Positions 17,209 to 27,700 of a stretch of 64,000 nucleotides of DNA are shown piece by piece (positions within the stretch are counted from its first letter, which is position 1; each line of letters opens with the position of its first letter). The notes under the pieces are model-generated. The model saw nothing but the letters and a program-made list of their open reading frames with translations, had not been told where the DNA came from and did not search any database. The position numbers and the translations under genes are program-made. This DNA comes from a virus (Duplodnaviria; Heunggongvirae; Uroviricota; Caudoviricetes). The stretch lies in IMG/VR virus record IMGVR_UViG_2639762884_000001; one strand, written 5' to 3'.

Positions 17209-18429
17209 TTAATTAAAACCGAATGAATTAAGTTCTGCTTTGAATTTATCGACCATTTTTTCAACTTCGTTTACAATTGCGTGAATCTCTTCGTCTTTTC
17301 TCGGATTAGAATTGAGGTCAAAATATGCCTTATATAAGGCATATTTTGACAAGCTTCCTTCAATATTTTCAGAGAAAATATTGGTACGACCATCAGTTAA
17401 TAAGATATCAGCAGATCGGGAATTTAAATTATATTTATAGTAAATCTTTATTAGTCTGCTTATCTCTTTTTCATTCTTGATTACCCTCTGTCTTTTACCA
17501 GCAATATTAAGACTCCAGCCTACATAACTAGTCAGATCGGAATTAAACTTACACACTTCCGCATCAGCTTTTTCCATATTTAGATTAATATTATTTCTCA
17601 TGTGTAGCGGTAATTCGTTGAATTTTTGCTGTAAATGCTGTTTGCAGGGATTGTTGTAAGACCACAGAATTGCGAACGTAGCTCTTTGCATCCGGGTATT
17701 CAGATCGATGTTAAAGTTCTCACGATCACGAATCATTTCATCTACATAAAACTCTACAGCTTTTCGGTATTCTTTGTTAAAGATCTCGGTAACATACATT
17801 TCTAAATAATGGACTTTCGAGATTGCCTCATCAAAAAAAAGCTCACTCTCAAAGAAGTTGTATTTATTTAAGAGATTAGAAAGTCTACTTAAGTCATAGG
17901 TTTTATTATTTTCAATATTAAGACCAAAAATGGCAATTAACAGACTTACTTTATGATTAATACTGCTACGTAATTGAGCTATATAAATTCTCTTTTCATC
18001 TTCTGCTGATGACAGTAGATAAAACTCTTTATCTAAATAATTTAAAATTAGAATTATGTGATTTACATATTTAATGTAAATAGGTTGTTTTGTTACATAA
18101 TAATAAATGCTTTTGATGGAATTAATGCTCAATTTCGTATTAAACTCTTTGTCATTCAACAAAGTGTTATTTACGTCCTCAAGTAATTTATCATGTTGCT
18201 CTAGTAATATTCCGTACCATTCTTTAAAAGAGGCTTTTTTCATTTCAAGAAGTGAATCTGCCGTTAATTGTGTTGCCTTCATTGCAGCTTTTGCACTATT
18301 TCTTGCCTCATAAGCAGCCCAAGCAGTAACAAAAGTAGCAAGTGAACCTATAGCCTCTTTGTATTCTTTAGCCACATCCCAAAAAATAATAGTTATTACA
18401 CACAATATGAGAATTAATATTAAAGGCAT
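17209..18429 (-). CDS. membrane-anchored protein of unknown function (AT-rich accessory gene)
   Basis: N-terminal TM MPLILILILCVITIIFW; remainder K/N/Y/F-rich; composition visibly more AT-rich than neighbours; opposite strand. Confidence 0.55.
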   Translation of the reverse strand: MPLILILILCVITIIFWDVAKEYKEAIGSLATFVTAWAAYEARNSAKAAMKATQLTADSLLEMKKASFKEWYGILLEQHDKLLEDVNNTLLNDKEFNTKLSINSIKSIYYYVTKQPIYIKYVNHIILILNYLDKEFYLLSSAEDEKRIYIAQLRSSINHKVSLLIAIFGLNIENNKTYDLSRLSNLLNKYNFFESELFFDEAISKVHYLEMYVTEIFNKEYRKAVEFYVDEMIRDRENFNIDLNTRMQRATFAILWSYNNPCKQHLQQKFNELPLHMRNNINLNMEKADAEVCKFNSDLTSYVGWSLNIAGKRQRVIKNEKEISRLIKIYYKYNLNSRSADILLTDGRTNIFSENIEGSLSKYALYKAYFDLNSNPRKDEEIHAIVNEVEKMVDKFKAELNSFGFN

Positions 18430-18635
18430 GTTATCTATATCGTTAGTTAATTTTGAACATAAATGATACTTAGTCCACCGCTAAATTTCATCAAATTTGA
18501 TAATTTTCTTGACGATCATGTCTCAAAATTATTTATACTTGGCATATTTGAGATATATAATAATAGGTAATAACACACCTATCACATTTAAGCATCAACA
18601 AGATAAATTACGGACCCAGACCAGAAAGGAAACTA

Positions 18636-18884
18636 ATGAGAAATATACTTATCTACGGACGAGATAACTGCTCATACTGCAAACGTGCGGTCGAGCTGGC
18701 GAAGAAACTAAAGGGACATGGCTACGGTGATTATGAGTACATCGACATCACCACTGCCGGTATCGATAAGGAAAAACTTAGCGAAATTGTTGGTAAACCG
18801 GTAGAGACTATCCCCCAGGTGCTGATCGATGGCCAGCCGATTGGCGGATACACAGAACTGGCTGCATACGTCAGCACCCTCTGA
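18636..18884 (+). CDS. glutaredoxin (NrdH/NrdC-like redoxin)
   Basis: CSYC active-site motif near N-terminus (YGRDNCSYCKRA), 82 aa; AAAGGA RBS. Confidence 0.8.
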   Translation: MRNILIYGRDNCSYCKRAVELAKKLKGHGYGDYEYIDITTAGIDKEKLSEIVGKPVETIPQVLIDGQPIGGYTELAAYVSTL

Positions 18885-18889
18885 TTTTA

Positions 18890-18913
18890 ACGGCTCACAG
18901 GAGCCGTTTTTTA
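18890..18913 (+). terminator. rho-independent terminator
   Basis: cggctc acag gagccg followed by tttttt. Confidence 0.65.
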
Positions 18914-19095
18914 TTCCCACCAAACTCACACCTGTTTCCATTAAAATTCAAAAAACAACGCCTGAATGATTCCATACCTACTATGTATGGAATCATTGCT
19001 GAAAATGAGTTACTTTTACTCTTGATCCTATAAGAATCTATGCCTAATATACTGTTTACTTATACAGTGCATCGGCGTAACTCGGTGATTGTCAT

Positions 19096-20199
19096 ATGAA
19101 AAATAGCTTTGACAGAGCACGCGCTGCGGAGAACACCTCAAAAGAGGCGATAGAGTATCTCGAAAGAGCATCTCAAATGCAGGCCGTTATGATCTCCCAG
19201 GTCAGCAATGACATGAGATTCTCGGACGCATTCATGTTATTCACTCGCTTATCTCTGCTGATAACCAGACGTCGGCCAGAGATCGCTGTTCATTGTATTT
19301 TGATACATGTTTTGCCGCACATTGCCGATGTAAAAGTAAGTGACATTAATAGGTTCATGGTGAACCAACTGGTCAACCCACTAATACTGGATGGCAAAAT
19401 TGTTATGGGCCGCCGCGTTTTCTCTCTGATGAAGCAGTTCCTTAGCTGGTGCGCCTTCCAGGGGATGATAGACGTGTCACCGTTAAACGATATGTCACTT
19501 AACAAAGTTGCCGGTGGCGCAAAGCCCACACCTCGCGAGCGGAAGCTGACCGACGCAGAGGTATGGGTGTTCTGGAATATATGGGACTACTTCAATGTGT
19601 GTGCTGGTACAAAATGGGCGGCCAGGCTGTGTCTTGTATCAGCAAGACGACCTGACGAAGTACTGCGGGCTAAAAAAAGTGAGTTCAATCTTAAGCGTGG
19701 GGTTTGGAATCAAGGCAAGAGGAACAAATCTGCCCGTGAGCATTCTCTGCCTTTAAGCTCATTAATGCGCACTTGTATTGAAGAGTTGTTCGAATATGGT
19801 AAAGACAGCCAGTGGCTCGTGCCTTCGAATAAAAAAATCGGGAAAGACCTTCCTATGTCTAAAGTGGCAATAGCCCAGGCATTACGTCGTATTCTGGAAC
19901 GACCAGAACTGATGGAGCTTGAGCCATTTACACCCCGAGATTTGCGCCGTACTGCGCGTAGTTACTTCCCAGCATTAGGCATAAGCCAGGAGGTATCACG
20001 TAAAATCATGAACCACAGTCTTGAGGGGATAGATCGGGTCTACGACCGGCACGATTATATGGACGAGATGCGAGACGCCTTAGAAAGTTTCTCGACGTAC
20101 ATCGCATCAATCGTAGAGCAACCGGATTTAGACGAAATTGACCACAAATTTAAGGGAGATCGTCTATCAACAGAGCTTATTCGTGTAAATTTTTCATAG
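19096..20199 (+). CDS. int: tyrosine site-specific recombinase (phage integrase family)
   Basis: C-terminal catalytic signature ...RDLRRTARSYF...HSLEGIDRVYDRHDY; core-binding-like middle domain; N-terminal arm-binding region short or atypical. Confidence 0.75.
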   Translation: MKNSFDRARAAENTSKEAIEYLERASQMQAVMISQVSNDMRFSDAFMLFTRLSLLITRRRPEIAVHCILIHVLPHIADVKVSDINRFMVNQLVNPLILDGKIVMGRRVFSLMKQFLSWCAFQGMIDVSPLNDMSLNKVAGGAKPTPRERKLTDAEVWVFWNIWDYFNVCAGTKWAARLCLVSARRPDEVLRAKKSEFNLKRGVWNQGKRNKSAREHSLPLSSLMRTCIEELFEYGKDSQWLVPSNKKIGKDLPMSKVAIAQALRRILERPELMELEPFTPRDLRRTARSYFPALGISQEVSRKIMNHSLEGIDRVYDRHDYMDEMRDALESFSTYIASIVEQPDLDEIDHKFKGDRLSTELIRVNFS

Positions 20200-20580
20200 A
20201 GACTTTATGGCCTCAACAACCTTTTGTGATGCGCCTTTCTCTTTACCGAATCGCTCGTTATATGCAGCAAGAACCTGTTTTTCGTCCTCGTTAAGAGGAG
20301 CAGTGCCTTCTTTGTATAAAAATGCTGCGAGTTCGGGTTGGCGTTCTTCCAGCACCATCATCATAAGACGACTTGGCTCAATACCCAGTGCCAGCGCCAG
20401 CGGACGAACCTTATCGATAGGCAAAGGAATTTTGCCGCTTTTAATTAAAGAAAGGTTGTTGGCGTTTTTATACCCAATTGTTTTGGCTATCTGGGCCTGG
20501 CTCATAGGTGAGGATTCAATCAACCCTGCGATAAAAGCAGCGTAGCGACTTTCTATAAATTCAATCTTGTTATCAGACAT
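20194..20580 (-). CDS. HTH transcriptional regulator (XRE/Cro-CI-like)
   Basis: HTH segment MSQAQIAKTIGYKNANNLSLIKSG; 128 aa; convergent with recombinase; AAAGG RBS. Confidence 0.6.
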   Translation of the reverse strand: MSDNKIEFIESRYAAFIAGLIESSPMSQAQIAKTIGYKNANNLSLIKSGKIPLPIDKVRPLALALGIEPSRLMMMVLEERQPELAAFLYKEGTAPLNEDEKQVLAAYNERFGKEKGASQKVVEAIKSL

Positions 20581-20831
20581 GGTTACAACCTTTGCGCGTT
20601 CAATTCTCTCTGGTAAGTGCTTACCGATATTACATCAAAGGTTAGGGTTGTAAAGCTATTATCATTTTTTTCGATAGGCACTTAAAAGACCGGTTAAAGG
20701 CCATTGCACGGAGAAAAATTAGCCCAAAACAGGTAAGAAAATCAACTTGCATATGATATGTATGTATTCAGTATTGATACAAATTTTAGTAGTATTCCTT
20801 ACCATAGTATAAGTTAGAATGGATTGATTGA

Positions 20832-21044
20832 ATGAACACCACTATTTCCAGCCTAATCGCTCTTGAGATCGGACACGTACAGAAATTAGCTGATGAGTGT
20901 GTAGCTGACATCCTCACCGATCTACCGAATGAGCAGATTCAGGTTGGTGTGAATGACACAACTGGATTTATATTCGAACTTAACAACAAACGCTTCACGC
21001 TTCTCAATACCGGCTCCGGGTCTTTAGCCGTCAGAATCTGTTAA
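20832..21044 (+). CDS. hypothetical small protein
   Basis: 70-aa ORF divergent from the HTH regulator; weak RBS. Confidence 0.35.
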   Translation: MNTTISSLIALEIGHVQKLADECVADILTDLPNEQIQVGVNDTTGFIFELNNKRFTLLNTGSGSLAVRIC

Positions 21045-21142
21045 CCCCTCTTCTCCCTGCGCGAATGGCTTAGTTCCCTGTTCGCGCAGTGCTACATTAA
21101 ACACACTAGTAAATAATTTGTTTTCATAACAAAGGATTAGCC

Positions 21143-23251
21143 ATGTCTAAAAAACGTTCCATCAAAGAGGTTCAGGACTTCCGTGACAGTGTAAAACGAG
21201 TAGTCGCTCTCCTTTCAGGTAAAAACATCCCTGTTGCAGAACGAGGGGACGACGCTTATGTACGCTATAACGATGATGGAGAGCCAATTCTCGTAAACAT
21301 CCCATCAATCCCGGATAACGCAACACCGGCATTGATGAATGCTGTGCGCGGATTTCTCGATCATGAGGTTGCTCACATTTTGTTTACCGATATTCGTGTG
21401 TCCAACAAAATGAGAGAAAAAGGACGCGTTCCTTCCTGGTCGCTATGGAATGCCTTAGAAGACGTGTTCATCGAGCGAAAAATGGGTCAGGTCTTTAACG
21501 GAACAAGACGTAATCTGATGGCAACTCAGCGCCTTATAATCGAAAAAGTCTTTAAACCAAAGGCTTCAGAGGCTATTGCTTATTGTGGCAAAGATCAGCG
21601 CGCGCTTTTTCTAAACTTCTTTCTCTGTCCGGTTGTAAGAGCCTGGGATGGCCAAGCACCGTTCGTAGATTTCATGGATGAATATTGGCCTGTCATTGAG
21701 AAACCAATTTCATTATTAAAAGAACATGGTATCGATGTGGCCGTGCGTAACATGTCTTGCACCGAGGATTGTGTAAAGGTGGCTGCGACCATAGCTAAGA
21801 TCCTCAAAGACACTGAAAGTGAAAGCAAAGGTAAGGAGTCAGCTCCGGGAAAAACTTCCGATCCTTCAGACGCTGACCAGACGGATGCCTCTGGAGAAAA
21901 CAATGAAGACAACGAAGATCATGAGACACCCTCAGCGTTAGATAATCACAAATCTATCAAATCAGAATCACACAGTAAGCACAAACATGATAATAACGAC
22001 AGTGATGATTCAGATAATTCTGAATCATCAGAAACAATATTCGATGATACAGAAAATGATAAAGAGGTATCAGATTCTGATGCTTCTGATAACGCGGTGT
22101 CAGAATCATTTACCGCTGACCACGAAAAAAGAAAAACGACAGAAGACGGCTCTTCAGATATTCCAACTCCGTCAAAAATGAGTCTGGAAGAGGCTTTAGA
22201 GGAGCTGGATAGCATAGAAGATGAAGTCGGAGGCATGACAGAAGATGCTCTATCCGAAACGATTAAAAGCGAGTTAACAGAAAGCTCGAAAAGCGAATAC
22301 AGGCCATACAATCGCTCATACGACTTCATCGGCTCGATTGATCAGGCAGAAGCCCATATCAAACGGCTTATTAAAACATTCTCCGATATTGATTTAGGAG
22401 GATATCCAATCAGCCGCTATCGCATCGTTCCTGAAGGCAACCAGCTCTTCGACAAATATATTGAAAAGCATCTTTCGTCAGGTGTTTCGTCGACGCTGGC
22501 AAAAGACCTGGAGCGAGCAATAGCAAGCAGAAACAGAGTTCAGTTTATACCGGGCCAGCGTCGGGGGCGCATTCATGGTTCTAGTATCTACAGATTAGCA
22601 ATGAATGATGATCGCGTGTTTCGTAAAAAAGAAGAATCTAAAGCCGTTAACGCCTGTGTTCAACAAGTGATTGATTTATCAGGTTCAATGAGTGGTATAA
22701 CGATACAATTGGCTCTTGCAAGTGCATATACCATCGCCGATGCCCTTGATCGAATAAATGTTCCCAACATTATCACCGGCTTCACTACATTTGGTAGTCA
22801 TATGGCGGCAGGAGAACTTAAGGCTGTCAAGTATGAGTTCTCTCGCTTTGAATCTTTAATGCTACCTATCATCAAAAATTGGAATGAAAAGGTAAATTCT
22901 CGCGAAGTTCGCTCACGTATGGGGTGCGTAGGCTACACATTCCCACTTCTTAATAACGTGGATGGTGAAAGCATAGCCAGCCTTGCATCGTTATTTTCCG
23001 GTCGCATGGAGGACAGGAAGATCATGCTTGTTCTGAGTGATGGCGCGCCGTGGGCTGTTGGGAGAGGTTTTGACGCTCATTTGCGTTCGGTTGCGAAGCA
23101 AATTGAAACGCAGACTGACATTGATTTGATGGCAATTGGCATCATGACTGACGCACCGGAGAGATTTTACTCAAATCATGCCCTGGTAACGAGCGTTGAT
23201 AGTCTTGGTTCATCTGTAGTTACTGAACTATCTCGTATCATTTTAAAGTGA
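21143..23251 (+). CDS. CobT-like vWA-domain protein with long acidic Ser/Asp-rich linker
   Basis: MIDAS-like DxSxS (VIDLSGSMSG) in C-terminal half; ~120-aa acidic low-complexity region; paired with downstream AAA+ gene. Confidence 0.55.
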   Translation: MSKKRSIKEVQDFRDSVKRVVALLSGKNIPVAERGDDAYVRYNDDGEPILVNIPSIPDNATPALMNAVRGFLDHEVAHILFTDIRVSNKMREKGRVPSWSLWNALEDVFIERKMGQVFNGTRRNLMATQRLIIEKVFKPKASEAIAYCGKDQRALFLNFFLCPVVRAWDGQAPFVDFMDEYWPVIEKPISLLKEHGIDVAVRNMSCTEDCVKVAATIAKILKDTESESKGKESAPGKTSDPSDADQTDASGENNEDNEDHETPSALDNHKSIKSESHSKHKHDNNDSDDSDNSESSETIFDDTENDKEVSDSDASDNAVSESFTADHEKRKTTEDGSSDIPTPSKMSLEEALEELDSIEDEVGGMTEDALSETIKSELTESSKSEYRPYNRSYDFIGSIDQAEAHIKRLIKTFSDIDLGGYPISRYRIVPEGNQLFDKYIEKHLSSGVSSTLAKDLERAIASRNRVQFIPGQRRGRIHGSSIYRLAMNDDRVFRKKEESKAVNACVQQVIDLSGSMSGITIQLALASAYTIADALDRINVPNIITGFTTFGSHMAAGELKAVKYEFSRFESLMLPIIKNWNEKVNSREVRSRMGCVGYTFPLLNNVDGESIASLASLFSGRMEDRKIMLVLSDGAPWAVGRGFDAHLRSVAKQIETQTDIDLMAIGIMTDAPERFYSNHALVTSVDSLGSSVVTELSRIILK

Positions 23252-23266
23252 ACAAAACAGCCTTAA

Positions 23267-23289
23267 CGATAAGTAACCACTTACGATAG
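23267..23289. promoter_or_regulatory. ATAAGTAA...ACTTAC motif (family member)
   Basis: cgataagtaaccacttacgatag between the CobT-like and CobS-like genes. Confidence 0.3.
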
Positions 23290-23346
23290 ATAATGATATA
23301 TTTATATAAGAAGTTGAACGCTCATTAGAAAACAAAGGAAAAACGC

Positions 23347-24582
23347 ATGACTACTACTGCACTGCAAAATGAAAAAAATCCTTCTGATTACCTTGTTTGC
23401 AAGTGGTGCGGAAAATCATTTCACTATTTTAAGTCCCATGTAGCCAATGGTAATTGCGAGGGCATTCCTGAGTCAGTAAAAGATGCCGATCCTGACACCG
23501 TACTGAAAATGTACACAACACAGTTTCCAGATGAGCCAACGCTATCGAAAAAGGCACTTGATGCAATTCAAGCTAAACGTGCCGAGCAAAAAAGCGAAAT
23601 GGCCAAATCATCTGGCGTGACCAGTAGCCCAGGCTACACAGGCACAGTTGAGTACAAGACAGATCTGGTCGCAGCTCACGAACTGCTAAATGTAACGGTG
23701 AAAGAACTCGGAACAAAACGTGGGACGCCGCTCATGGTTAGCGTCAACGTCAATACGCCGTTTCCAGAGTTCGTTCCAGAAGTGAAGAAGGGATACGTAT
23801 ATGGCGACTTCGAACTGATCAAAGACATTTTCATGATGCTTGAACTTGGCATACCTGGCTATTTGTGGGGTCATGCAGGAACAGGCAAATCTTCATTGCC
23901 TACACAACTATGTGCTTTGCTCAATCGTCCGTTAATCCGTGCCCAACATACAGCATCAATGGAAGAGGCTCATGTTACGGGACAAATTCTGGCGCGTGAT
24001 GGCTCTACGTATTTCGAGCCTGGCTTGCTTGCGCTCGCAATGAAGCATGGCTGGGTTTACCTCGCGGATGAATACGACTTTGCGTTTCCACAGATTCTTG
24101 GCGTGTATCAGCCAGTGCTGGAAGGTGAAGCGTTGGTCATCAAAGAGGCGACTCCAGAATGGCGTCGCATTACTCCGCATGAACGGTTTGCTTTCATTGG
24201 CACTGGCAACACGAACGGATCTGGTGATGAAACCGGCTTGTACCAGGGTACAAACATCCAGAACGCCGCGAACTTTTCGCGTTTTGGCATCGTTTCGAAT
24301 GTGAAATACATGAGCAAAGAGGCAGAGATCAACATGTTGATAAATGCCGGTATCGTGGATGAATACGCAGAAAAGATGGTTAAGTTTGCCGGTATCGTTC
24401 GCGATGGATACGAAGAACACCTTATCAGTCAGCCAATTGGCCCTCGTGAACTTTTGTTGTCGGCCAAGATTGGAATGATGCGAGGCGACTTTGTGACAGG
24501 TATTGAGCGTTCTTTCATTAACAAACTCCCTTCAGCTTCTGCACAAGCGGCTCGTGAAGTTGTTCAAAAAATATTTGGTTGA
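23347..24582 (+). CDS. CobS-like / MoxR-like AAA+ ATPase
   Basis: Walker A GHAGTGKSS, Walker B-like VYLADEYD; N-terminal Cys cluster (CKWCGKSF...HVANGNCEG). Confidence 0.6.
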   Translation: MTTTALQNEKNPSDYLVCKWCGKSFHYFKSHVANGNCEGIPESVKDADPDTVLKMYTTQFPDEPTLSKKALDAIQAKRAEQKSEMAKSSGVTSSPGYTGTVEYKTDLVAAHELLNVTVKELGTKRGTPLMVSVNVNTPFPEFVPEVKKGYVYGDFELIKDIFMMLELGIPGYLWGHAGTGKSSLPTQLCALLNRPLIRAQHTASMEEAHVTGQILARDGSTYFEPGLLALAMKHGWVYLADEYDFAFPQILGVYQPVLEGEALVIKEATPEWRRITPHERFAFIGTGNTNGSGDETGLYQGTNIQNAANFSRFGIVSNVKYMSKEAEINMLINAGIVDEYAEKMVKFAGIVRDGYEEHLISQPIGPRELLLSAKIGMMRGDFVTGIERSFINKLPSASAQAAREVVQKIFG

Positions 24583-24788
24583 TCGTGCGTAAAGGATGTT
24601 TCGGCTCTCTTATCGCTGCTTCTGAAACTGGTAAGGCTTGTCTGGTGTGTCCAGACAAGCCCGATTGTCACCAGTCAGCAAAAGAAGTTGCGATTTCGAT
24701 GCATGGGAAGTTCGTAGGCTTCCCCAATGACAAAATCAAAAAAACCAGAAAGGTAAAAACACATGAAGGCACTGATGGTTCGAACTGA
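24579..24788 (+). CDS. small Cys-rich hypothetical protein (uncertain)
   Basis: 69-aa ORF with TTG/GTG start only; CxnCxxCx5C pattern; overlaps the polymerase start. Confidence 0.25.
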   Translation: MIVRKGCFGSLIAASETGKACLVCPDKPDCHQSAKEVAISMHGKFVGFPNDKIKKTRKVKTHEGTDGSN

Positions 24789-27700
24789 CTTCTCACTTGG
24801 GGAGTCGGCTCTAAAAGCAGAAAACGCGGTGAAGATTGCCAGAGAAGCTGGCTACACCGCTGTAATTTCAGCAGATAGCATGAATATTGCGAGCGTTATT
24901 CCACTACAACGTGCCGCTGGTGACGACATGGCGGTTATTTGTGGTGTGAAACTAAACATTGTTGATGATCCCACATACGAGCACCGGGCTAAACTTGCTA
25001 AAGAATCTATGAGATGTATGGAATCATTAGAGCGGGGACGTAACTACTCGTTTACCGCTCTAATTAAAAATGAGCAAGGATATCGCGACATCTGCGAACT
25101 AATGACGGTGGCCAACACACGAGAACAGTTCTACTTTGTACCGCGTCTCTCGCTCGAACAGTTGGTTTCTACATATGCCAAAGGCAACATCATCCTGCTC
25201 ACTTCCGACATCGGTAGCGTGTTCCAACGCAACGATTTTGCAAAAATCATAAGCTCACTGATTACAGCGGGCGGGAAAGACAACTTCTATAGCGTGGTTT
25301 ATCCGCACCCTACCCCATTCTACGACCAGATTAACGTCCGAGCGATGAAAGTAGCCAGCGCACTGAAAATAGAGCCAGTAGCGTTCTATCCCGCTTATTA
25401 CGAATCGATCGACGATGCAGACATTAAAGACATTGCGCACATGGTTACGAACAACATAAAAATCGACCAGCCGCATCGTCTGCGTATCCCCCACCAGCGA
25501 GATAACGCCGTCAATGGTCGCCGCCATCTCCTTGAGGCGCTTAAAGCCTTCTCCGTTCGCATGGATGTGCCGGTAACAGCTGCAATGGCCTCAACAACGC
25601 AGGACTCCATTATCGAAGCCTGTACATGGCGCTGGCATGAATTGCCACCAGCACTGCCCAAGATGGCAGACGACGAGCCTGCAACGCTGATGAAACTGGC
25701 TGTTGCAGGGCTGCGCAAACGTCTTACCACAAAAGAGTTTGGCTACACACCACCGGCTTCTGAGAACAGGGTTTATGTTGAGCGACTTAAGTACGAAATG
25801 GACACGCTTACTCGCCTGGGATTTTGTGGTTACTTCCTGATGGTACGCGATCTGATGAATCACAGCCGTGAAACTGGCATTCCTGTCGGGCCTGGTCGTG
25901 GTTCCTCCGCTGGCTCTTTGGTGGCATGGTGCATAGGCATAACCAACGTCGACCCTATCCGTCACGGTCTTCTGTTTGAACGTTTCATCAACCCTGAGCG
26001 TCTCGACTTGCCAGATGCGGATTTGGACTTCAGCCAGGCACGTCGCCATGAGGTGATCGAGTATCTGAATGAACGATACGGCGAAGATTACGTTGCGGGT
26101 ATTCCGAACTTCACATATCTGGGCGCAGCCTCTGCACTACGTGACACCGCTCGTATTTATGGTGTGGAGTCCGCAGATATGGCGGTATCAAAAGAACTGA
26201 AGAACGTCGAGGATGATAGCCTTCCATTGGAAGAGCTGCGCGAACAACTGGCAAGTCTCGACAAATACGCGACAAAATATCCTGATGCATTCAATGCAGC
26301 CTGCAAGTTACAAAGCCTTATGCGTGGCTTTGGTAGACATGCGGCAGGGATGATCGTAGCAGGTGTTCCTCTGACAGAACGTACACCGGTTGAGCGCCGT
26401 GGTGACGCGCGTTGTATCGCATTTGACAAGCGTTACTGCGAGGCTATGGGCCTAATTAAGCTGGACGTACTTGGCCTAGCAACTCTCGATTTGCTTGATA
26501 GTGCAAAACGCTACATTAAAGAGAACACAGGTGAAGATATCAATCTTGATGCCATTTCTCTTGAAGATCGCAAGGTGCTGGATGGTTTTGCTGCTGGGTA
26601 CACTCAAGGTGTTTTCCAGCTTGAATCAGGCCCAATGCGCAAGCTGCTTAAAGATTTAGGTGGTGGAATTGAGCCAATGAGCTTTAAAACGGTCGTCGCT
26701 ACGACTGCGCTCTTCCGGCCGGGGCCAATTCAGTCAGGCATGTTGGATGACTATGTTTCTGTCGCCAAAGGCTTTATGACGCCGGAATCATTACACCCCG
26801 TTCTTGATGAACTTACCGCGGAAACAAATGGCGTGATTCTCTATCAGGAACAGACGATGAACGCGACTCGATTGCTTGCCGGCTTCACAATGGCTGAAGC
26901 TGACGCTGTGCGTTCCGCAATCGGTAAGAAGAACATGGAAAAAATGAAGAGCATGGGCGAGAAGTTCATCGTTCAGGCTCAAGCTGGCTGGATAGACGTT
27001 GAGCTGGAAGATGGCACTACACAGCGCATTCACCGTGCGGAACATTTTAAATGCGAAGACGGAACTCTGAAAACTGTCGAAGAGGCACTTGAGCACGGCG
27101 CAAAACTACCTATAAACGCAGTACGCGTTACAGCGTCACATCCAGGGCTATCAGAGATGAAAGCGAAGGAGATCTGGACCGCATTCGAAAAAAATGGTGC
27201 CTACCAGTTCAACAAATCACACTCTGTTGCTTACTCCTTGATCAGTTATCAATCTATGTGGTTGAAAACTCATTATCCCGCAGAGTTTTTCGCTGCTGCT
27301 CTCACTATTCTTGGCGAAGATAAACACCAGGGGCTGGTTAAAGATGCGCTGACCTATGGTATTCGCGTATTGCCACCAGACGTTAACGTGTCATCCAACC
27401 GAATCGAGATCCGCACGCTTGAAGATGGCAGCCAGGTGCTGTATGCGCCCTTCTCTGCTGTGAAGGGGTGTTCTGAGAATGGCTGCCAAGCCATCATGAG
27501 AGCGCGAGAAAAAGTTGGCGGCAAATTCGAGTCACTGGCGCAATTCGAAGAAGCTGTCGAGAAACGTGCCTGTAATAGTCGAGTGCGCGAATCGCTGCAA
27601 AAAGTAGGGGCGTTTGCATCCATCGAGCCAGGTAGTCTGCCAGCAACTGATCCAGAGCGCCTACGCGACCAGGCTGAATTGATGGGAAACCTTGTCATAG

